Assembly: GCA_913031205.1 (NCBI GenBank)
Contig: CAJWEM010000004.1
Span: forward strand, 1,207-65,206
Length of the DNA stretch: 64,000 nucleotides
From: an uncultured Gammaproteobacteria bacterium
GTDB lineage: Bacteria > Pseudomonadota > Gammaproteobacteria > Poriferisulfidales > GCA-002705445
Direction of reading: 5' to 3'
Shown: piece after piece, positions 1-10,989 of the stretch
Position numbering within the stretch: position 1 is the stretch's first letter
Layout of the letters: each line of letters starts with the position of its first letter
The notes under the pieces: model-generated
Told to the model about the DNA's origin: nothing
Databases searched by the model: none
What the model saw: only the letters and a program-made list of their open reading frames with translations
Program-made: the position numbers and the translations under genes

Positions 1-1031
1 GTAGCGCCTCCAGTAATTTCATTTTGCAGCTCATCTAAAGAGAAGCCGACAGCAAGTTTTGCTGCTACTTTCGCTATTGGAAAGCCTGTAGCTTTTGAAG
101 CGAGAGCCGATGATCGTGATACTCTTGGATTCATTTCTATTACCACAAGTTTTCCATTTTTAGGATTTACAGCAAATTGGACATTTGAGCCACCAGTATC
201 GACACCTATTTTTCGTAAGATTGCGATTGAAGCATTTCTCATAATTTGATACTCCTTGTCAGTTAAAGTCTGAGCAGGAGCAACTGTTATTGAGTCGCCG
301 GTATGCACGCCCATAGGATCAAAATTTTCTATGGAACATATTATTATACAATTATCTTTTGAGTCCCTTACGACTTCCATTTCATATTCTTTCCAACCTA
401 AAAGCGACTCCTCTAAAAGTATTTCAGTCGTAGGTGAAATATCTAATCCTCTTTTTGATATTTCAATAAACTCCTCTATGTTGTATGCAATTCCGCCGCC
501 ACTTCCTCCCAGAGTAAAAGATGGTCTTATGATAACTGGAAAGCCTATTTTTTTTTGCTTATCAAGAGCATCTTCAATATTTTTTACAATATATGATTTA
601 GCTGAATCCAAATTTATTTCTTGCATAGCTTTCTTAAATAAAAATCGATCCTCAGCTAAATCTATGGCATTTTTGGATGCTCCAATCATTTCTACTTTAT
701 GTTTTTTTAATACCCCTAATCTATCTAAATCAAGTGCGCAATTTAGGGCGGTTTGCCCTCCCATAGTTGGTAAAACTGCATCTGGCTTTTCAATTTCTAT
801 AATTTTTTCAACAGTGGAATGATTTATAGGTTCAATATAGGTCGCGTCGGCCATCTCTGGATCGGTCATTATGGTTGCAACGTTAGAATTTACTAAGACA
901 ACTGAGTAACCTTCTTCTTTCAACGCTTTGCATGCTTGAACACCTGAATAATCAAACTCACATGCTTGGCCAATAACAATTGGTCCGGCACCTAAAATTA
1001 GTACTTTTTTAATATCATTTCTTTTTGGCAT
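1..1031 (-). CDS. carB: carbamoyl-phosphate synthase large subunit, N-terminal part (gene runs off the window start)
   Basis: Minus-strand translation from ATG at 1029-1031 reads [42 protein letters not shown]..., the typical CarB N-terminus (ATP-grasp). Its start overlaps the carA stop. Confidence 0.9.
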   Translation of the reverse strand, partial: MPKRNDIKKVLILGAGPIVIGQACEFDYSGVQACKALKEEGYSVVLVNSNVATIMTDPEMADATYIEPINHSTVEKIIEIEKPDAVLPTMGGQTALNCALDLDRLGVLKKHKVEMIGASKNAIDLAEDRFLFKKAMQEINLDSAKSYIVKNIEDALDKQKKIGFPVIIRPSFTLGGSGGGIAYNIEEFIEISKRGLDISPTTEILLEESLLGWKEYEMEVVRDSKDNCIIICSIENFDPMGVHTGDSITVAPAQTLTDKEYQIMRNASIAILRKIGVDTGGSNVQFAVNPKNGKLVVIEMNPRVSRSSALASKATGFPIAKVAAKLAVGFSLDELQNEITGGA

Positions 1032-2148
1032 TTTTCTTCTTATTCATTAATTTTATAAATTCTTCAAAAAGGTAATTTACATCCTGCGGTCCAGGGCATG
1101 CTTCAGGATGTCCTTGGAAACTAAATATTGGAAGTTTTTTATGCTTAATTCCTTGAATTGTATTATCAAATAATGACCTGTGTGTAATTGTAAATTCATT
1201 TGATAAGGATTCCTCCTCTATAACAAAACCATGATTTTGACTTGTAATCATCACTCTTCCACTTTTAAGATCTATAACTGGATGGTTAGCCCCATGATGA
1301 CCATACTTCATTTTTTTTGTTTTTGTATTACTTGCAAGTGCAATTAATTGGTGGCCTAGACATATACCAAAAATTGGAATTTGATGTTTAAAGAGACTTC
1401 TTATTGATTCTATTGCAAAATCGCATGGCTCTGGATCGCCTGGTCCATTTGATAAAAATACTCCGTCAGGATTTTTTGCAATTATTTTGCTTACCTGGGT
1501 TTTAGCCGGAACAACTTCAACATCACAACCCATTGAATAAAGAATTCGTAAAATATTTTTCTTTACCCCAAAATCATATGCAATTACTTTAAAGTTATTG
1601 TTGGGTTTTTGTTTGCTGAAAGTTTGCTGATATATATTTTCTTTAAAATTATAAGTTTTTGAGGAAGAAACTTTAGATGCTAATTCAGCCCCCTCCATTC
1701 CTGTATTTTTTAACAGCCTCTTTTTTGCTTTTTCGATATCTTTTTTATTATGTATAATACATGCTTTCATTGCTCCATTATTTCTTATCTGTGAAGTTAT
1801 ATGTCTTGTATCAATATCAGCTATACAAACAATTTTCATTTTTTTTAGATATTCAGAAAAATTTTGTTTTGACCTCCAGTTTGATGCTTGTAAAGGGGCT
1901 TCTCTTAAAACCAAACCACTTACATAAGATGATGATGATTCTTGATCTTCATTATTTATACCTACGTTACCAATATGAGGATAGGTAAATGTAATTATTT
2001 GATTTTTATAAGACGGATCTGTAACAACCTCTTGGTAGCCAGTCATTGCAGTATTAAAAACTATTTCTCCGTACGAATCGGCTTTATAACCAACAGAACT
2101 GCCATAAAATATTTCATTATTTTCTAAAATTAGAATAGCTTGTTGCAA
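1015..2148 (-). CDS. carA: carbamoyl-phosphate synthase small (glutamine amidotransferase) subunit
   Basis: 377 aa, class-I GATase C-terminal domain (ICLGHQL...HGANHP). The carA-carB order is as in E. coli. Confidence 0.93.
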   Translation of the reverse strand: MQQAILILENNEIFYGSSVGYKADSYGEIVFNTAMTGYQEVVTDPSYKNQIITFTYPHIGNVGINNEDQESSSSYVSGLVLREAPLQASNWRSKQNFSEYLKKMKIVCIADIDTRHITSQIRNNGAMKACIIHNKKDIEKAKKRLLKNTGMEGAELASKVSSSKTYNFKENIYQQTFSKQKPNNNFKVIAYDFGVKKNILRILYSMGCDVEVVPAKTQVSKIIAKNPDGVFLSNGPGDPEPCDFAIESIRSLFKHQIPIFGICLGHQLIALASNTKTKKMKYGHHGANHPVIDLKSGRVMITSQNHGFVIEEESLSNEFTITHRSLFDNTIQGIKHKKLPIFSFQGHPEACPGPQDVNYLFEEFIKLMNKKKNAKKK

Positions 2149-2188
2149 AGTATTACCTATATTGTTTTCAATTAAAAGTTAGATTACA

Positions 2189-2926
2189 TTATAATGCCAG
2201 AAAATCTGACATGGTATACAATCCTGCATCTTTATCAATCATCCATTCAGCAGCAAGTATCGCGCCGTTAGCAAAAATTTTCCTATCGAAACTTTTATGA
2301 TGTATTTCGATTGATTCATCTTGTAAAGTAAACTTTACAGTATGATCGCCTACAACATTGCCAATTCTTAAACAATGATGGTTTATTTCTTTTTTATTAT
2401 TGACCGCCTTTTTTATTTTATCTTCAAAAGTAAGCGATGTTCCTGAGGGCATATCAACTTTATGTTTATGATGATGTTCTATAATGTCAATATCTGAATT
2501 TTCTCCAATCGCCAATGAAGCTTTTTCAACTAATTCAAGACACAAGTTAATTCCTATACTCATATTTGATGACTTTAGGATAGGAATGTCTTTGCTTGCT
2601 GCTTCTATACGGTTGATCTGTTCTATTGAGTACCCTGTTGTACCAATAACAAGCCTTCTATTGAAATTAACACAGGTTTCAAGAATTTCCATTGAATAAT
2701 TAGGTTTTGTAAAATCGATACAAATATCGCAATTTTTAATAGAACTATTTAAATCAGTGGATAATTTTTCTTTGCTAATTTCCAGCAAACTAAGTTCTTT
2801 TGATATTTTTGAGTTATTTCGGACAACTCCCGATGATAATTCTAAATTAGAGCTTTCTAATAAAACTTTTGCTATTTCCAACCCCATTCTTCCTGAGATA
2901 CCAGGAATACATACTTTTATAGTCAT
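2189..2926 (-). CDS. dapB: 4-hydroxy-tetrahydrodipicolinate reductase
   Basis: 245 aa, N-terminal Rossmann motif GISGRMG. It sits upstream of carA as in E. coli dapB-carAB. Confidence 0.9.
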   Translation of the reverse strand: MTIKVCIPGISGRMGLEIAKVLLESSNLELSSGVVRNNSKISKELSLLEISKEKLSTDLNSSIKNCDICIDFTKPNYSMEILETCVNFNRRLVIGTTGYSIEQINRIEAASKDIPILKSSNMSIGINLCLELVEKASLAIGENSDIDIIEHHHKHKVDMPSGTSLTFEDKIKKAVNNKKEINHHCLRIGNVVGDHTVKFTLQDESIEIHHKSFDRKIFANGAILAAEWMIDKDAGLYTMSDFLAL

Positions 2927-2990
2927 TATGAACAGTTTGATGGTTAAAATTACAGTATAGTAACATACAGTTTATAGAGTAAAAGATAAT

Positions 2991-4112
2991 TTATTCAAAA
3001 AATTTCTTTAAACCATCTAGCCATGATTCTGATTTTGGATTGTGCCTTTTAGAGCTACCTTTTATCTTACTATCAAACTGCAAAAGTATATCCTTTTGCT
3101 CTTTTGATAAATTTACTGGGGTTTCTATTTGAACAGAACACATTAGATCGCCGATTCCGCCACCTCTTACAGACTTTATGCCTTTACCCTTTAATCTAAA
3201 TAATTTGCCAGTTTGAGTGCCTGCGGGAATTTCAATAGATACCTTATTGTTGGATAAAGTTGGGATTTCAATTTCAGCACCAAGGGCTGCCTCGGAAAAT
3301 GATAGTGGTACCTCACAATACAAATTACTACCATCTCTTTTAAAAATAGAGTGCTTAATGAGACTAACTCTGATAAACAAATCGCCAGGTGGTCCTTGAT
3401 TAATTCCTGCTTCACCCTTTCCTGCTAATCTGATTCTATCTCCGCTATCTACACCAGCTGGAATAGATACTGATATTTCCTTATCTACATTTACTGCGCC
3501 ACTTCCATAACATTTTGAACAAGGATTTGAGATTATTGTTCCTTTACCTGCACAAGTTGGGCATGTTTGCTGAATAGTGAAAAAACCTTGTTGCGCTCTT
3601 ACTTGCCCTACTCCATTGCATGCAGAACATGAGACAGGTTGTGAGCCAGGATTGGAGCCAGAGCCGTCACAATTATCGCATACATCTTTAGTTCTGATTT
3701 TCAAAGATTTTTCAATACCGAAAGCTGCCTCCTCTAAGGATAGTCTTAATTCATACTCAAGATCTGCGCCCTTGTATCTTTGAGATGAATTATTTCTTGA
3801 TTGTCCGCCGCCAAAAATATCTCCAAAAATATCTTCAAAAACATCTCCAAAGCCCGATGTATTGAAACCTCCGCCCGAACCACCTCCAAATCCACCGCCG
3901 AAGTCAGTGGTTCCATATTGATCATACATGGATTTTTTTTGAGGATCTGATAGAACGTCATAGGCTTCTTTAATTTCCTTAAATTTCTTTTCAGCGCCTT
4001 TATCATTTCCTGTTCTATCAGGATGATATTTCATAGCTTTCTTTTTGAAAGCCTTTTTTACCTCATCAGATGAAGCGCCTTTATTGACACCTAAGACTGC
4101 ATAATAATCCAT
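2991..4112 (-). CDS. dnaJ: molecular chaperone DnaJ
   Basis: J-domain with HPD (KYHPDR), Gly/Phe-rich region, four CxxCxGxG zinc-finger repeats, and a C-terminal domain. Confidence 0.95.
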   Translation of the reverse strand: MDYYAVLGVNKGASSDEVKKAFKKKAMKYHPDRTGNDKGAEKKFKEIKEAYDVLSDPQKKSMYDQYGTTDFGGGFGGGSGGGFNTSGFGDVFEDIFGDIFGGGQSRNNSSQRYKGADLEYELRLSLEEAAFGIEKSLKIRTKDVCDNCDGSGSNPGSQPVSCSACNGVGQVRAQQGFFTIQQTCPTCAGKGTIISNPCSKCYGSGAVNVDKEISVSIPAGVDSGDRIRLAGKGEAGINQGPPGDLFIRVSLIKHSIFKRDGSNLYCEVPLSFSEAALGAEIEIPTLSNNKVSIEIPAGTQTGKLFRLKGKGIKSVRGGGIGDLMCSVQIETPVNLSKEQKDILLQFDSKIKGSSKRHNPKSESWLDGLKKFFE

Positions 4113-4130
4113 ATCGAATAAACGTTAGCT

Positions 4131-6059
4131 TTATTTTTTATCGTTATTTACTTCTTTGTACTCGGCATCCACAACATCGGAATCATTACTGCTCTCGGTA
4201 TTGTCTGAAGTAGCTTCGGCATCTGGATTCTGGTTTTGTTTCGCATGCTCAGCATACATCATTTCTGCCATTTTTGCTGATGCTTCAGATAAATTCTTAA
4301 TGCTATTTTCTATTACTTCCTTATCATCGGTCTTAAGAGCCTCGACTAATGCTTCATTTTTCTCTTTTATATTTTTTCTATCTTCATCTGAAACTTTCTC
4401 TCCTAATTCATCTAAAGATTTATTCGTTGCATGGACAAGTGCGTCACCTTGATTTTTCAAGCCTACAAGCTCTTGAAATTTTTTATCATCTTCAGCATGA
4501 AGCTCTGCATCTTTTACCATTTTTTCAATTTCTTCATCAGAGAGACCACTGGATGACTTAATAATTATTGATTGTTCTTTATTTGTTGCTTTATCTTTTG
4601 CTGACACATTAAGAATTCCATTCGCATCAATATCAAAAGTCACTTCAATTTGTGGCATTCCTCTTGGTGCTGGTGGTATATCAGATAGATTAAATTGTCC
4701 AAGAGACTTGTTTCCAGAGGCCATATCTCTTTCTCCTTGTAAAACATGCACAGTAACAGCTGTCTGATTATCCTCAGCTGTGGAGAAAACTTGATTTTGT
4801 TTAGTTGGGATAGTTGAATTTTTCTCGATAAGCTTTGTCATCACTCCGCCCATGGTTTCTATACCAAGTGAAAGGGGTGTAACATCTAATAATAAAACAT
4901 CTGTAACGTCGCCCGCTAAAACACCACCTTGAATTGCGGCGCCTGCAGCAACAGCTTCGTCAGGGTTGACATCTTTTCTAGGATCTTTACCAAAATATTC
5001 TTTTACAACTTTTTGTACCAAAGGCATTCTTGTTTGCCCACCAACTAAAATCACATCGTTAATATCACTTTTTGAAAGCTTTGCATCTTTAAGAGCAGTC
5101 TCACAAGGACTGATTGTTCTTTGAACAAGGTCTTCAACCATTGATTCAAATAAAGCTCTAGTAACCTTCATATTTAAATGCTTTGGTCCACTTGCATCGG
5201 CAGTGATGTAAGGAATATTTATATCAGCTTGCTGACCATTTGATAGCTCTATTTTTGCCTTTTCAGCTGAATCTTTTAATCTTTGAAGGGCTAATGGATC
5301 TGATCTTAAATCAAAATTTTGTTCTTTCTTAAATTCATCGACGATATGATCAATTAGCCTGGAATCAAAATCTTCACCGCCAAGTTGAGTGTCGCCATTT
5401 GTTGAAAGAACTTCTATCTGGTTTTCACCATCAATATCAGATATGTCAATTATAGAAACGTCAAATGTTCCGCCCCCAAGGTCATAAACCGCGATTTTTT
5501 TATCGCCTTTCTTTTGATCTAAGCCATAAGCTACCGCAGCAGCTGTAGGCTCATTAATAATTCTTTGAACATTTAAACCTGCAATTTTACCAGCATCTTT
5601 TGTAGCTTGCCTTTGTGAGTCATTGAAATAGGCTGGAACTGTTATTACAGCATCAGTAACTTCCGAGCCTAAAAATTCCTCAGCTGTTTTCTTCATTTTC
5701 ATTAAGACTTTTGCAGAGATTTCGGGTAGAGCCATTTTCTTATCATCAATTTGAACCCAAACATCTCCGTTATCAGCTTCGACAATACTGTAAGGAAGAA
5801 TAGCTTTGTCTTTTTGGACCTCTTTATCTGAATATTTTCTTCCAATAAAACGTTTTACAGCATAGACGGTTTTTTCAGGATTCGTAACAGATTGACGCTT
5901 GGCAGATTGCCCAACAAGAGTTTCAGCATCCGTGAAAGCTACAACAGAAGGAGTTGTCCTATCACCCTCGCTATTTTCAATAATTCTTGGTCTATCACCT
6001 TCCATAACGGAAACGCATGAATTTGTTGTACCTAAATCAATACCTATAATCTTGCCCAT
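4131..6059 (-). CDS. dnaK: molecular chaperone DnaK (Hsp70)
   Basis: 642 aa with [19 protein letters not shown], and the EEVD-less bacterial C-terminus. A GAGAGG-like RBS lies upstream. Confidence 0.97.
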   Translation of the reverse strand: MGKIIGIDLGTTNSCVSVMEGDRPRIIENSEGDRTTPSVVAFTDAETLVGQSAKRQSVTNPEKTVYAVKRFIGRKYSDKEVQKDKAILPYSIVEADNGDVWVQIDDKKMALPEISAKVLMKMKKTAEEFLGSEVTDAVITVPAYFNDSQRQATKDAGKIAGLNVQRIINEPTAAAVAYGLDQKKGDKKIAVYDLGGGTFDVSIIDISDIDGENQIEVLSTNGDTQLGGEDFDSRLIDHIVDEFKKEQNFDLRSDPLALQRLKDSAEKAKIELSNGQQADINIPYITADASGPKHLNMKVTRALFESMVEDLVQRTISPCETALKDAKLSKSDINDVILVGGQTRMPLVQKVVKEYFGKDPRKDVNPDEAVAAGAAIQGGVLAGDVTDVLLLDVTPLSLGIETMGGVMTKLIEKNSTIPTKQNQVFSTAEDNQTAVTVHVLQGERDMASGNKSLGQFNLSDIPPAPRGMPQIEVTFDIDANGILNVSAKDKATNKEQSIIIKSSSGLSDEEIEKMVKDAELHAEDDKKFQELVGLKNQGDALVHATNKSLDELGEKVSDEDRKNIKEKNEALVEALKTDDKEVIENSIKNLSEASAKMAEMMYAEHAKQNQNPDAEATSDNTESSNDSDVVDAEYKEVNNDKK

Positions 6060-6100
6060 TTTTAAAACCTCTCAAATTAATTAAATATTCGTTAATTCTT

Positions 6101-6128
6101 ATATGAGGACACCAAGAAGTTTTTCAAG
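6101..6128 (-). promoter_or_regulatory. sigma-32 (heat-shock) type promoter candidate for dnaK
   Basis: Minus strand reads CTTGAAA, then a 13-nt spacer, then CCTCATAT, compared with the sigma-32 consensus CTTGAAA-N13-15-CCCCATNT. The -35 overlaps the grpE stop and is followed by an SD and the dnaK ATG. Confidence 0.4.
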
Positions 6129-6714
6129 TTTTTTTTTGATTTTTTTTAGAAACAATTACCAATGCGGGGCGAAGGAGTTTTGAATTTAACTTATATCCCT
6201 TTTGCATGACCTCTAAAACAGTATTTTCTGCTAAATCATCCTCTTTTGTTGCCATGGCTTGGTGAAAATCTGGATCAAATTTCTCATTTAAAGGGTTAAT
6301 TTCCTCAAGATTTAGTTTTTCAAAAACTTCCTTTGCTGTTTTCAGAAGAAGCGTATTTCCTTTTATTAAATCATCTATCTTAAGGCTTTGACTTGTTGCG
6401 GCTTTCTCCGCAGCCTCCAAACTATCCATAATAATTAAAAGTTCAGACGATAGTTTTTCGGTAGAATAAAGTTGAGCCTGTACGAGTTGCTTTTCAGTGC
6501 GTTTTTGAAAATTATCTAGTTCCGCTCTTGATCTTAATAATAAATCGTTAAGTTTTTCGTTTTCTGCGAGCAAATCGGGTTCTTCGGTATTTGGCAAATT
6601 GTCGCCATCTGTCTGGTGTTCTGGGTCCTTCGCCTCTAAGTCATCAGAAGAAATTTCTCCAGCATCTATAATTTCTGAAATATTATCTTTAGCATCCTTA
6701 TTTTTATCTTCCAT
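6124..6714 (-). CDS. grpE: nucleotide exchange factor GrpE
   Basis: 196 aa, acidic N-terminus, coiled-coil and GrpE core (RSRAELDNFQKR...). Confidence 0.92.
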   Translation of the reverse strand: MEDKNKDAKDNISEIIDAGEISSDDLEAKDPEHQTDGDNLPNTEEPDLLAENEKLNDLLLRSRAELDNFQKRTEKQLVQAQLYSTEKLSSELLIIMDSLEAAEKAATSQSLKIDDLIKGNTLLLKTAKEVFEKLNLEEINPLNEKFDPDFHQAMATKEDDLAENTVLEVMQKGYKLNSKLLRPALVIVSKKNQKKT

Positions 6715-6758
6715 AGTGTTTGCCTTAAATTTATTTTTGATAATGTATGATATAAATA

Positions 6759-6787
6759 ATGTATGGTCTAATCTGAAGTTTTCAAGG
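6759..6787 (-). promoter_or_regulatory. weaker sigma-32-like promoter candidate for grpE
   Basis: Minus strand reads CCTTGAAA, a 13-nt spacer, then CCATACAT. The element overlaps the 3' end of hrcA. Confidence 0.25.
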
Positions 6788-7811
6788 CATCACTTAATAA
6801 TTTTGCTGTAATATCTACAATAGGTATTACTCTTTCATAAGCCATTCTTTTTGGTCCAATAACCCCGAGAACGCCCACAACATCGTCGTCAAATTTATAA
6901 GGTGCGCTAATAATACTGCAATCATCAAGAACATTATATCCAGATTCTGCTCCAATAAAAATTTTTACGCCTTTTGAAGAAATACTTTTATCAAGTAAAT
7001 GTAAAATATTATTTTTTTCGTTAAATGCTTCGAATAATGTTTTTAATTTCTCGATATCTGAAAGTTCCTCACAATTCATAAGTTTTGTCTGTCCGCTTAC
7101 TATTAAGTCATCATTTTTTTGAGCTTCATCTGATTCCAAAAAAAGCTGCTTTCCAAAGTTAATAGCCGACGACATAATGCTATTCATATCTTTTCTCATT
7201 TCATCTAATTCGTTAAGTAAAATTTTTCTTATATGATGTATTGACTGCCCAGAAATAATTGAATTTAAATAATTTGAAGCCTCTTGAAGCTCTGATGATG
7301 TATAATTTTTGTCAAGATTAATTATTTTGTTTTCAACATCGTTACTTTTATTTATTAAAATTGCTAAAATTTTGTTATCACTTAACCTTAAAAAATCAAT
7401 TTGTTTTAGTTCAGTATTTTTATGAGTTGGTAAAGATATAATACCTGTAAGTTCTGTTATATTTGATAAAATTTCGTTTGTTTTTTTAACAATATTTTTT
7501 CTTTCAACTCCTTTAGTTAAATTAAGCTTTAGTTTATCAATAAGCTTATTATTAACTGGTTGTACTTTGATCATCTTGTCCACAAACATTCTATAGGCAA
7601 GTTCAGTTGGCACTCTTCCAGCAGATTTATGAGGTGAGTAAATGTATCCAAGATCTTCAAGATCAGTAAATACGTTCCTGATAGTAGCTGAACTTATTGC
7701 AATATCAGACGTTTTGGATAGCTTTGTTGACCCTACTGGTTGACCATCCGAAATAAAGCTTTCAACTAACGCTTTAAGCAACAACTCTTGTCTAGAATTT
7801 AAATTTTCCAT
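6768..7811 (-). CDS. hrcA: heat-inducible transcriptional repressor HrcA
   Basis: 347 aa, N-terminal winged helix (ELLLKALVESFISDGQPVGSTKLS). It heads the hrcA-grpE-dnaK-dnaJ cluster. Confidence 0.88.
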   Translation of the reverse strand: MENLNSRQELLLKALVESFISDGQPVGSTKLSKTSDIAISSATIRNVFTDLEDLGYIYSPHKSAGRVPTELAYRMFVDKMIKVQPVNNKLIDKLKLNLTKGVERKNIVKKTNEILSNITELTGIISLPTHKNTELKQIDFLRLSDNKILAILINKSNDVENKIINLDKNYTSSELQEASNYLNSIISGQSIHHIRKILLNELDEMRKDMNSIMSSAINFGKQLFLESDEAQKNDDLIVSGQTKLMNCEELSDIEKLKTLFEAFNEKNNILHLLDKSISSKGVKIFIGAESGYNVLDDCSIISAPYKFDDDVVGVLGVIGPKRMAYERVIPIVDITAKLLSDALKTSD

Positions 7812-7901
7812 AAAAAAATTTTTGGCTTTTTTTAATAATATAATATTATGAATTATATTATAATGCTATTTTGAACATTTTATAAGCTTACAGGGGGCTT
7901 A

Positions 7902-8768
7902 ATGTCAACATTCGAAAATATAGCAATCATATCGAAAATCAGCGACAACAGTGTGAAAGACAGCCTTGATGCAGTTATTGAATTTTTAGATAAAAAGAAT
8001 ATCAGCTATTACTTGGACAGTAATTCATGTTTATTGCTAAAAGGTAGAAATGAGACTGGAATTGAAGATATAAAGAAAAAATGTGATCTAGCATTTATTA
8101 TCGGAGGCGACGGAACTCTTTTGAGATCTGCCCAAGATTTATCAAAATCTAACATTCCAATATGCGGTATAAATAGAGGTAGGTTAGGTTATCTTGTTGA
8201 TATATCGCCTGATCATATAGAGGAAAATTTAGAAAATATTTTTTCAAATAATTTTTCTATCGACGAAAGAATTTCTTTAGAGGGAAAAGTATTAAGAGAT
8301 GGAAAAGAAGTTGCTAAAAATATTTCTTTCAATGACATTGTAATAAATAGTAAAGATGCAAGGATGATTGAATTAGATGCAATGTTAAATGGGGAAATGC
8401 TTTATACAATAAATGCAGACGGGTTAGTTATTTCTACGCCTACAGGTTCAACTGCTTATTCATTGTCGAGCGGTGGGCCAATTTTAGATCCAACAATGGA
8501 AGCGTTAATATTAGTGCCAATATGTCCCCACTTGCTTAGCAATAGGCCAATTGTTATCAGCATGGATAGTATAATTGAAATTAAAATTTCAGAAAATATA
8601 AAAACAAATGCAAATGTGACTTTTGATGGTCAAATTAGTGTTCCAATTAAACCTAATGACATTGTGAAAATATGTAAAAGTACAACAACTCTAAAATTAA
8701 TCCAGCCTCCAGGTATTAATTTCCTTTCAATTCTAAGGGAGAAGCTTGGATGGGGTTTTAAGCCGTAA
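7902..8768 (+). CDS. nadK: NAD+ kinase
   Basis: GGDGTLL and NRGRLGYL motifs. The grpE-divergent nadK-recN order is as in E. coli. Confidence 0.92.
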   Translation: MSTFENIAIISKISDNSVKDSLDAVIEFLDKKNISYYLDSNSCLLLKGRNETGIEDIKKKCDLAFIIGGDGTLLRSAQDLSKSNIPICGINRGRLGYLVDISPDHIEENLENIFSNNFSIDERISLEGKVLRDGKEVAKNISFNDIVINSKDARMIELDAMLNGEMLYTINADGLVISTPTGSTAYSLSSGGPILDPTMEALILVPICPHLLSNRPIVISMDSIIEIKISENIKTNANVTFDGQISVPIKPNDIVKICKSTTTLKLIQPPGINFLSILREKLGWGFKP

Positions 8769-8772
8769 ATAA

Positions 8773-10422
8773 ATGTTATCAAATATTTATATTAAAAACT
8801 TTGCGATTATTGATGAAATTGAAATTGACTTTTTTGAAAATATGTCAGTTTTAACGGGTGAAACTGGTGCAGGTAAGTCTATTCTTATTGATGCAATCAA
8901 TGTAGTTTTTGGTAATAAGCAAACGAAGAAAATTATTAGAGACGAAAAAAAAGATACAGAGATTATATGCAGTTTTCATATAAATAACGAAAATATTATA
9001 AAGATTCTTGAAAATAAAGATTTATATTCAGATAGTCAATGTATATTTAGAAGAAAAATTAATACAAAGAATATTTCAAAAATTTATATCAATGATAAAC
9101 CAGTAAATTCAAATACAGCAAAGCATATTGGAAATATGATAATTGATATACATGGGCAGCACGAAAATCAACTTATTTTATCAAGTGATGAACAAAGGAA
9201 TAGGCTTGATAACTATATAAATATTAGTAAAGAAAAGGAAGATATCAAAGATATATTATCGAAAATTAATAGTTTAGAAAAAGAATTATCTGATAGCAAC
9301 CTATCAGAAAATGAATATGAGGATAAAATATCACTTTTAGATTTCGAAATAAATGAGCTACAAGATGATACAATTGATTCAGAGAGTTATGATAAATTAT
9401 CAGATGAATTTAATAAGCTAAATAATTCTGAACAATTAATCAACAAAACAAGAGAGTGTCTTAATATTATTGAAGGGGATGATGGTTACAGCGTTAACTC
9501 ACAGCTTTCACAGCTCAATAAGAATTTAGAAGACATTGTTAAAATAGACGATTCTTCAAGTGAAATCTTAAATCAAAATATAATTATCATGGATCAAGTA
9601 AAAGCACTCTCAAAAATGATAGAGAAGTACTCTAATGCAATCAACATGGATCCAGAAAAGCTTGAAACTATAAATAATAAAATTTTATCCCTTAATAAGC
9701 TTGCTAGAAAATATAAAGTTAATGAGAGAGATTTAAGTAAGATACTGAATGATAAAAATTCTCAACTTCAAATATTAAAAAATAATAAAGAAAATTTTAG
9801 TAAAAACAAAGAAGAAATTAATAAGCTTCAAGAAAAGTATCATAAAATTGCATCTAAAATATCAAATACAAGAAAGAAAAATTCAAAAAATCTTGAGAAC
9901 AAAATAACAAATCAGCTTAAAGATCTTGGAATGAATCAGTGTCAATTTAAAATCAATATTCAAACAGATGAAAATTTGATTAAAAAAGATGGTTATGACA
10001 AAGTATCTTTTCTTATTAAAACAAATGATAAATCAAAACTTATGCCGCTGAACGAAATTGCATCTGGGGGAGAACTATCGAGACTTAGTTTAGTAATCCA
10101 GCTTGAAACAAGATCAAATGATGATTGCGAAACTATGATATTTGATGAAATTGATACTGGTATTGGAGGTGCTACTGCAGAAATTTTGGGGCAACATCTT
10201 TCGAATTTAGCGGACAAAACACAAGTCTTATGTGTCACTCACTTAGCACAAGTAGCTGCAAAATCAAAACATCATTATCTTGTCTCAAAAGATAAAGAAA
10301 TATCATCTACCAGATTAGAGTATCTAGATAATGAAATGAGAGTAAATGAATTAGCTAGAATGATTGGTGGAGTTAAGTTAACTGATAAAGCATTACAGTT
10401 TGCAAAAGAGCTAATCGATTAA
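8773..10422 (+). CDS. recN: DNA repair protein RecN
   Basis: 549 aa SMC-like protein with N-terminal Walker A GETGAGKS, a long coiled coil, and the C-terminal signature/Walker B region. Confidence 0.93.
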   Translation: MLSNIYIKNFAIIDEIEIDFFENMSVLTGETGAGKSILIDAINVVFGNKQTKKIIRDEKKDTEIICSFHINNENIIKILENKDLYSDSQCIFRRKINTKNISKIYINDKPVNSNTAKHIGNMIIDIHGQHENQLILSSDEQRNRLDNYINISKEKEDIKDILSKINSLEKELSDSNLSENEYEDKISLLDFEINELQDDTIDSESYDKLSDEFNKLNNSEQLINKTRECLNIIEGDDGYSVNSQLSQLNKNLEDIVKIDDSSSEILNQNIIIMDQVKALSKMIEKYSNAINMDPEKLETINNKILSLNKLARKYKVNERDLSKILNDKNSQLQILKNNKENFSKNKEEINKLQEKYHKIASKISNTRKKNSKNLENKITNQLKDLGMNQCQFKINIQTDENLIKKDGYDKVSFLIKTNDKSKLMPLNEIASGGELSRLSLVIQLETRSNDDCETMIFDEIDTGIGGATAEILGQHLSNLADKTQVLCVTHLAQVAAKSKHHYLVSKDKEISSTRLEYLDNEMRVNELARMIGGVKLTDKALQFAKELID

Positions 10423-10441
10423 ATAAATTTTTTGAAATTTA

Positions 10442-10561
10442 CTATTCCTTTTCCTTGTCTTCTTTTTCTATTTTCTTACATTCAATTACAGTCATTACTG
10501 CCCCGGCTATTGCCAATGCAAAGCAAAAACAACCAGTATAAAAAATAAGTGAATCGTCCAT
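10442..10561 (-). CDS. hypothetical small membrane protein (39 aa, one TM helix, acidic/Lys tail)
   Basis: Hand-translated ORF not in the supplied track: MDDSLIFYTGCFCFALAIAGAVMTVIECKKIEKEDKEKE. ATG start at 10559-10561. Confidence 0.25.
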   Translation of the reverse strand: MDDSLIFYTGCFCFALAIAGAVMTVIECKKIEKEDKEKE

Positions 10562-10563
10562 TA

Positions 10564-10740
10564 TTAGTTCTTCCTAGATATTATTTTAAAATAGATGGCG
10601 AAGGCTAAAATTGACGGAATCCAAGTTGCTGTAAACAACGCTTCCTGTTTTGTATCAACTCCTTGAAACCAAAGAAAAGCAGTTGTTACAAATGCGACTG
10701 CAACTGAAAGTAAAATACATATATCTGAAGTCTTTAACAT
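10564..10740 (-). CDS. hypothetical small membrane protein (58 aa, two predicted TM helices)
   Basis: Hand-translated: MLKTSDICILLSVAVAFVTTAFLWFQGVDTKQEALFTATWIPSILAFAIYFKIISRKN. It packs tightly against its neighbours on the same strand. Confidence 0.3.
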   Translation of the reverse strand: MLKTSDICILLSVAVAFVTTAFLWFQGVDTKQEALFTATWIPSILAFAIYFKIISRKN

Positions 10741-10761
10741 AATAAAATCCCCTTTTAAAAA

Positions 10762-10950
10762 TTAATCTTCATTCCAAAAAGCCCAAGAGCCTATAAGCAA
10801 CAAAAACACCGCTAAAGATGCATGGGCTCTAACTCTTGTCACCTCTGGCAACTCTATTAACAATGGCACAGCATTAATCATTCCAAGTAATAGCCAAATT
10901 AATGCCAAAGATCCTGAGAAAAGTGCGACTTTTCCAATTTTTCTTTTCAT
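10762..10950 (-). CDS. hypothetical small membrane protein (62 aa, two predicted TM helices)
   Basis: ORF track entry: MKRKIGKVALFSGSLALIWLLLGMINAVPLLIELPEVTRVRAHASLAVFLLLIGSWAFWNED. Confidence 0.35.
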   Translation of the reverse strand: MKRKIGKVALFSGSLALIWLLLGMINAVPLLIELPEVTRVRAHASLAVFLLLIGSWAFWNED

Positions 10951-10989
10951 AAAGTTACTATTTTAGTATTTATATTTTAAAAAAAGCTT

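Noticed and set aside
331-822. 163-aa plus-strand ORF
   Set aside because: It lies entirely antisense to the carB coding region, which is verified by hand translation. The low-complexity product is a shadow ORF.
6725-6760. Possible Fur box (tgataatgtatgatataaataat) upstream of grpE
   Set aside because: Only partial similarity to the GATAATGATAATCATTATC consensus in an AT-rich region. It is probably chance.
6060-7901. CIRCE inverted repeat (TTAGCACTC-N9-GAGTGCTAA) expected near hrcA/grpE/dnaK
   Set aside because: No match or near-match seen in any of the three upstream regions. Only sigma-32-like hexamers were found.
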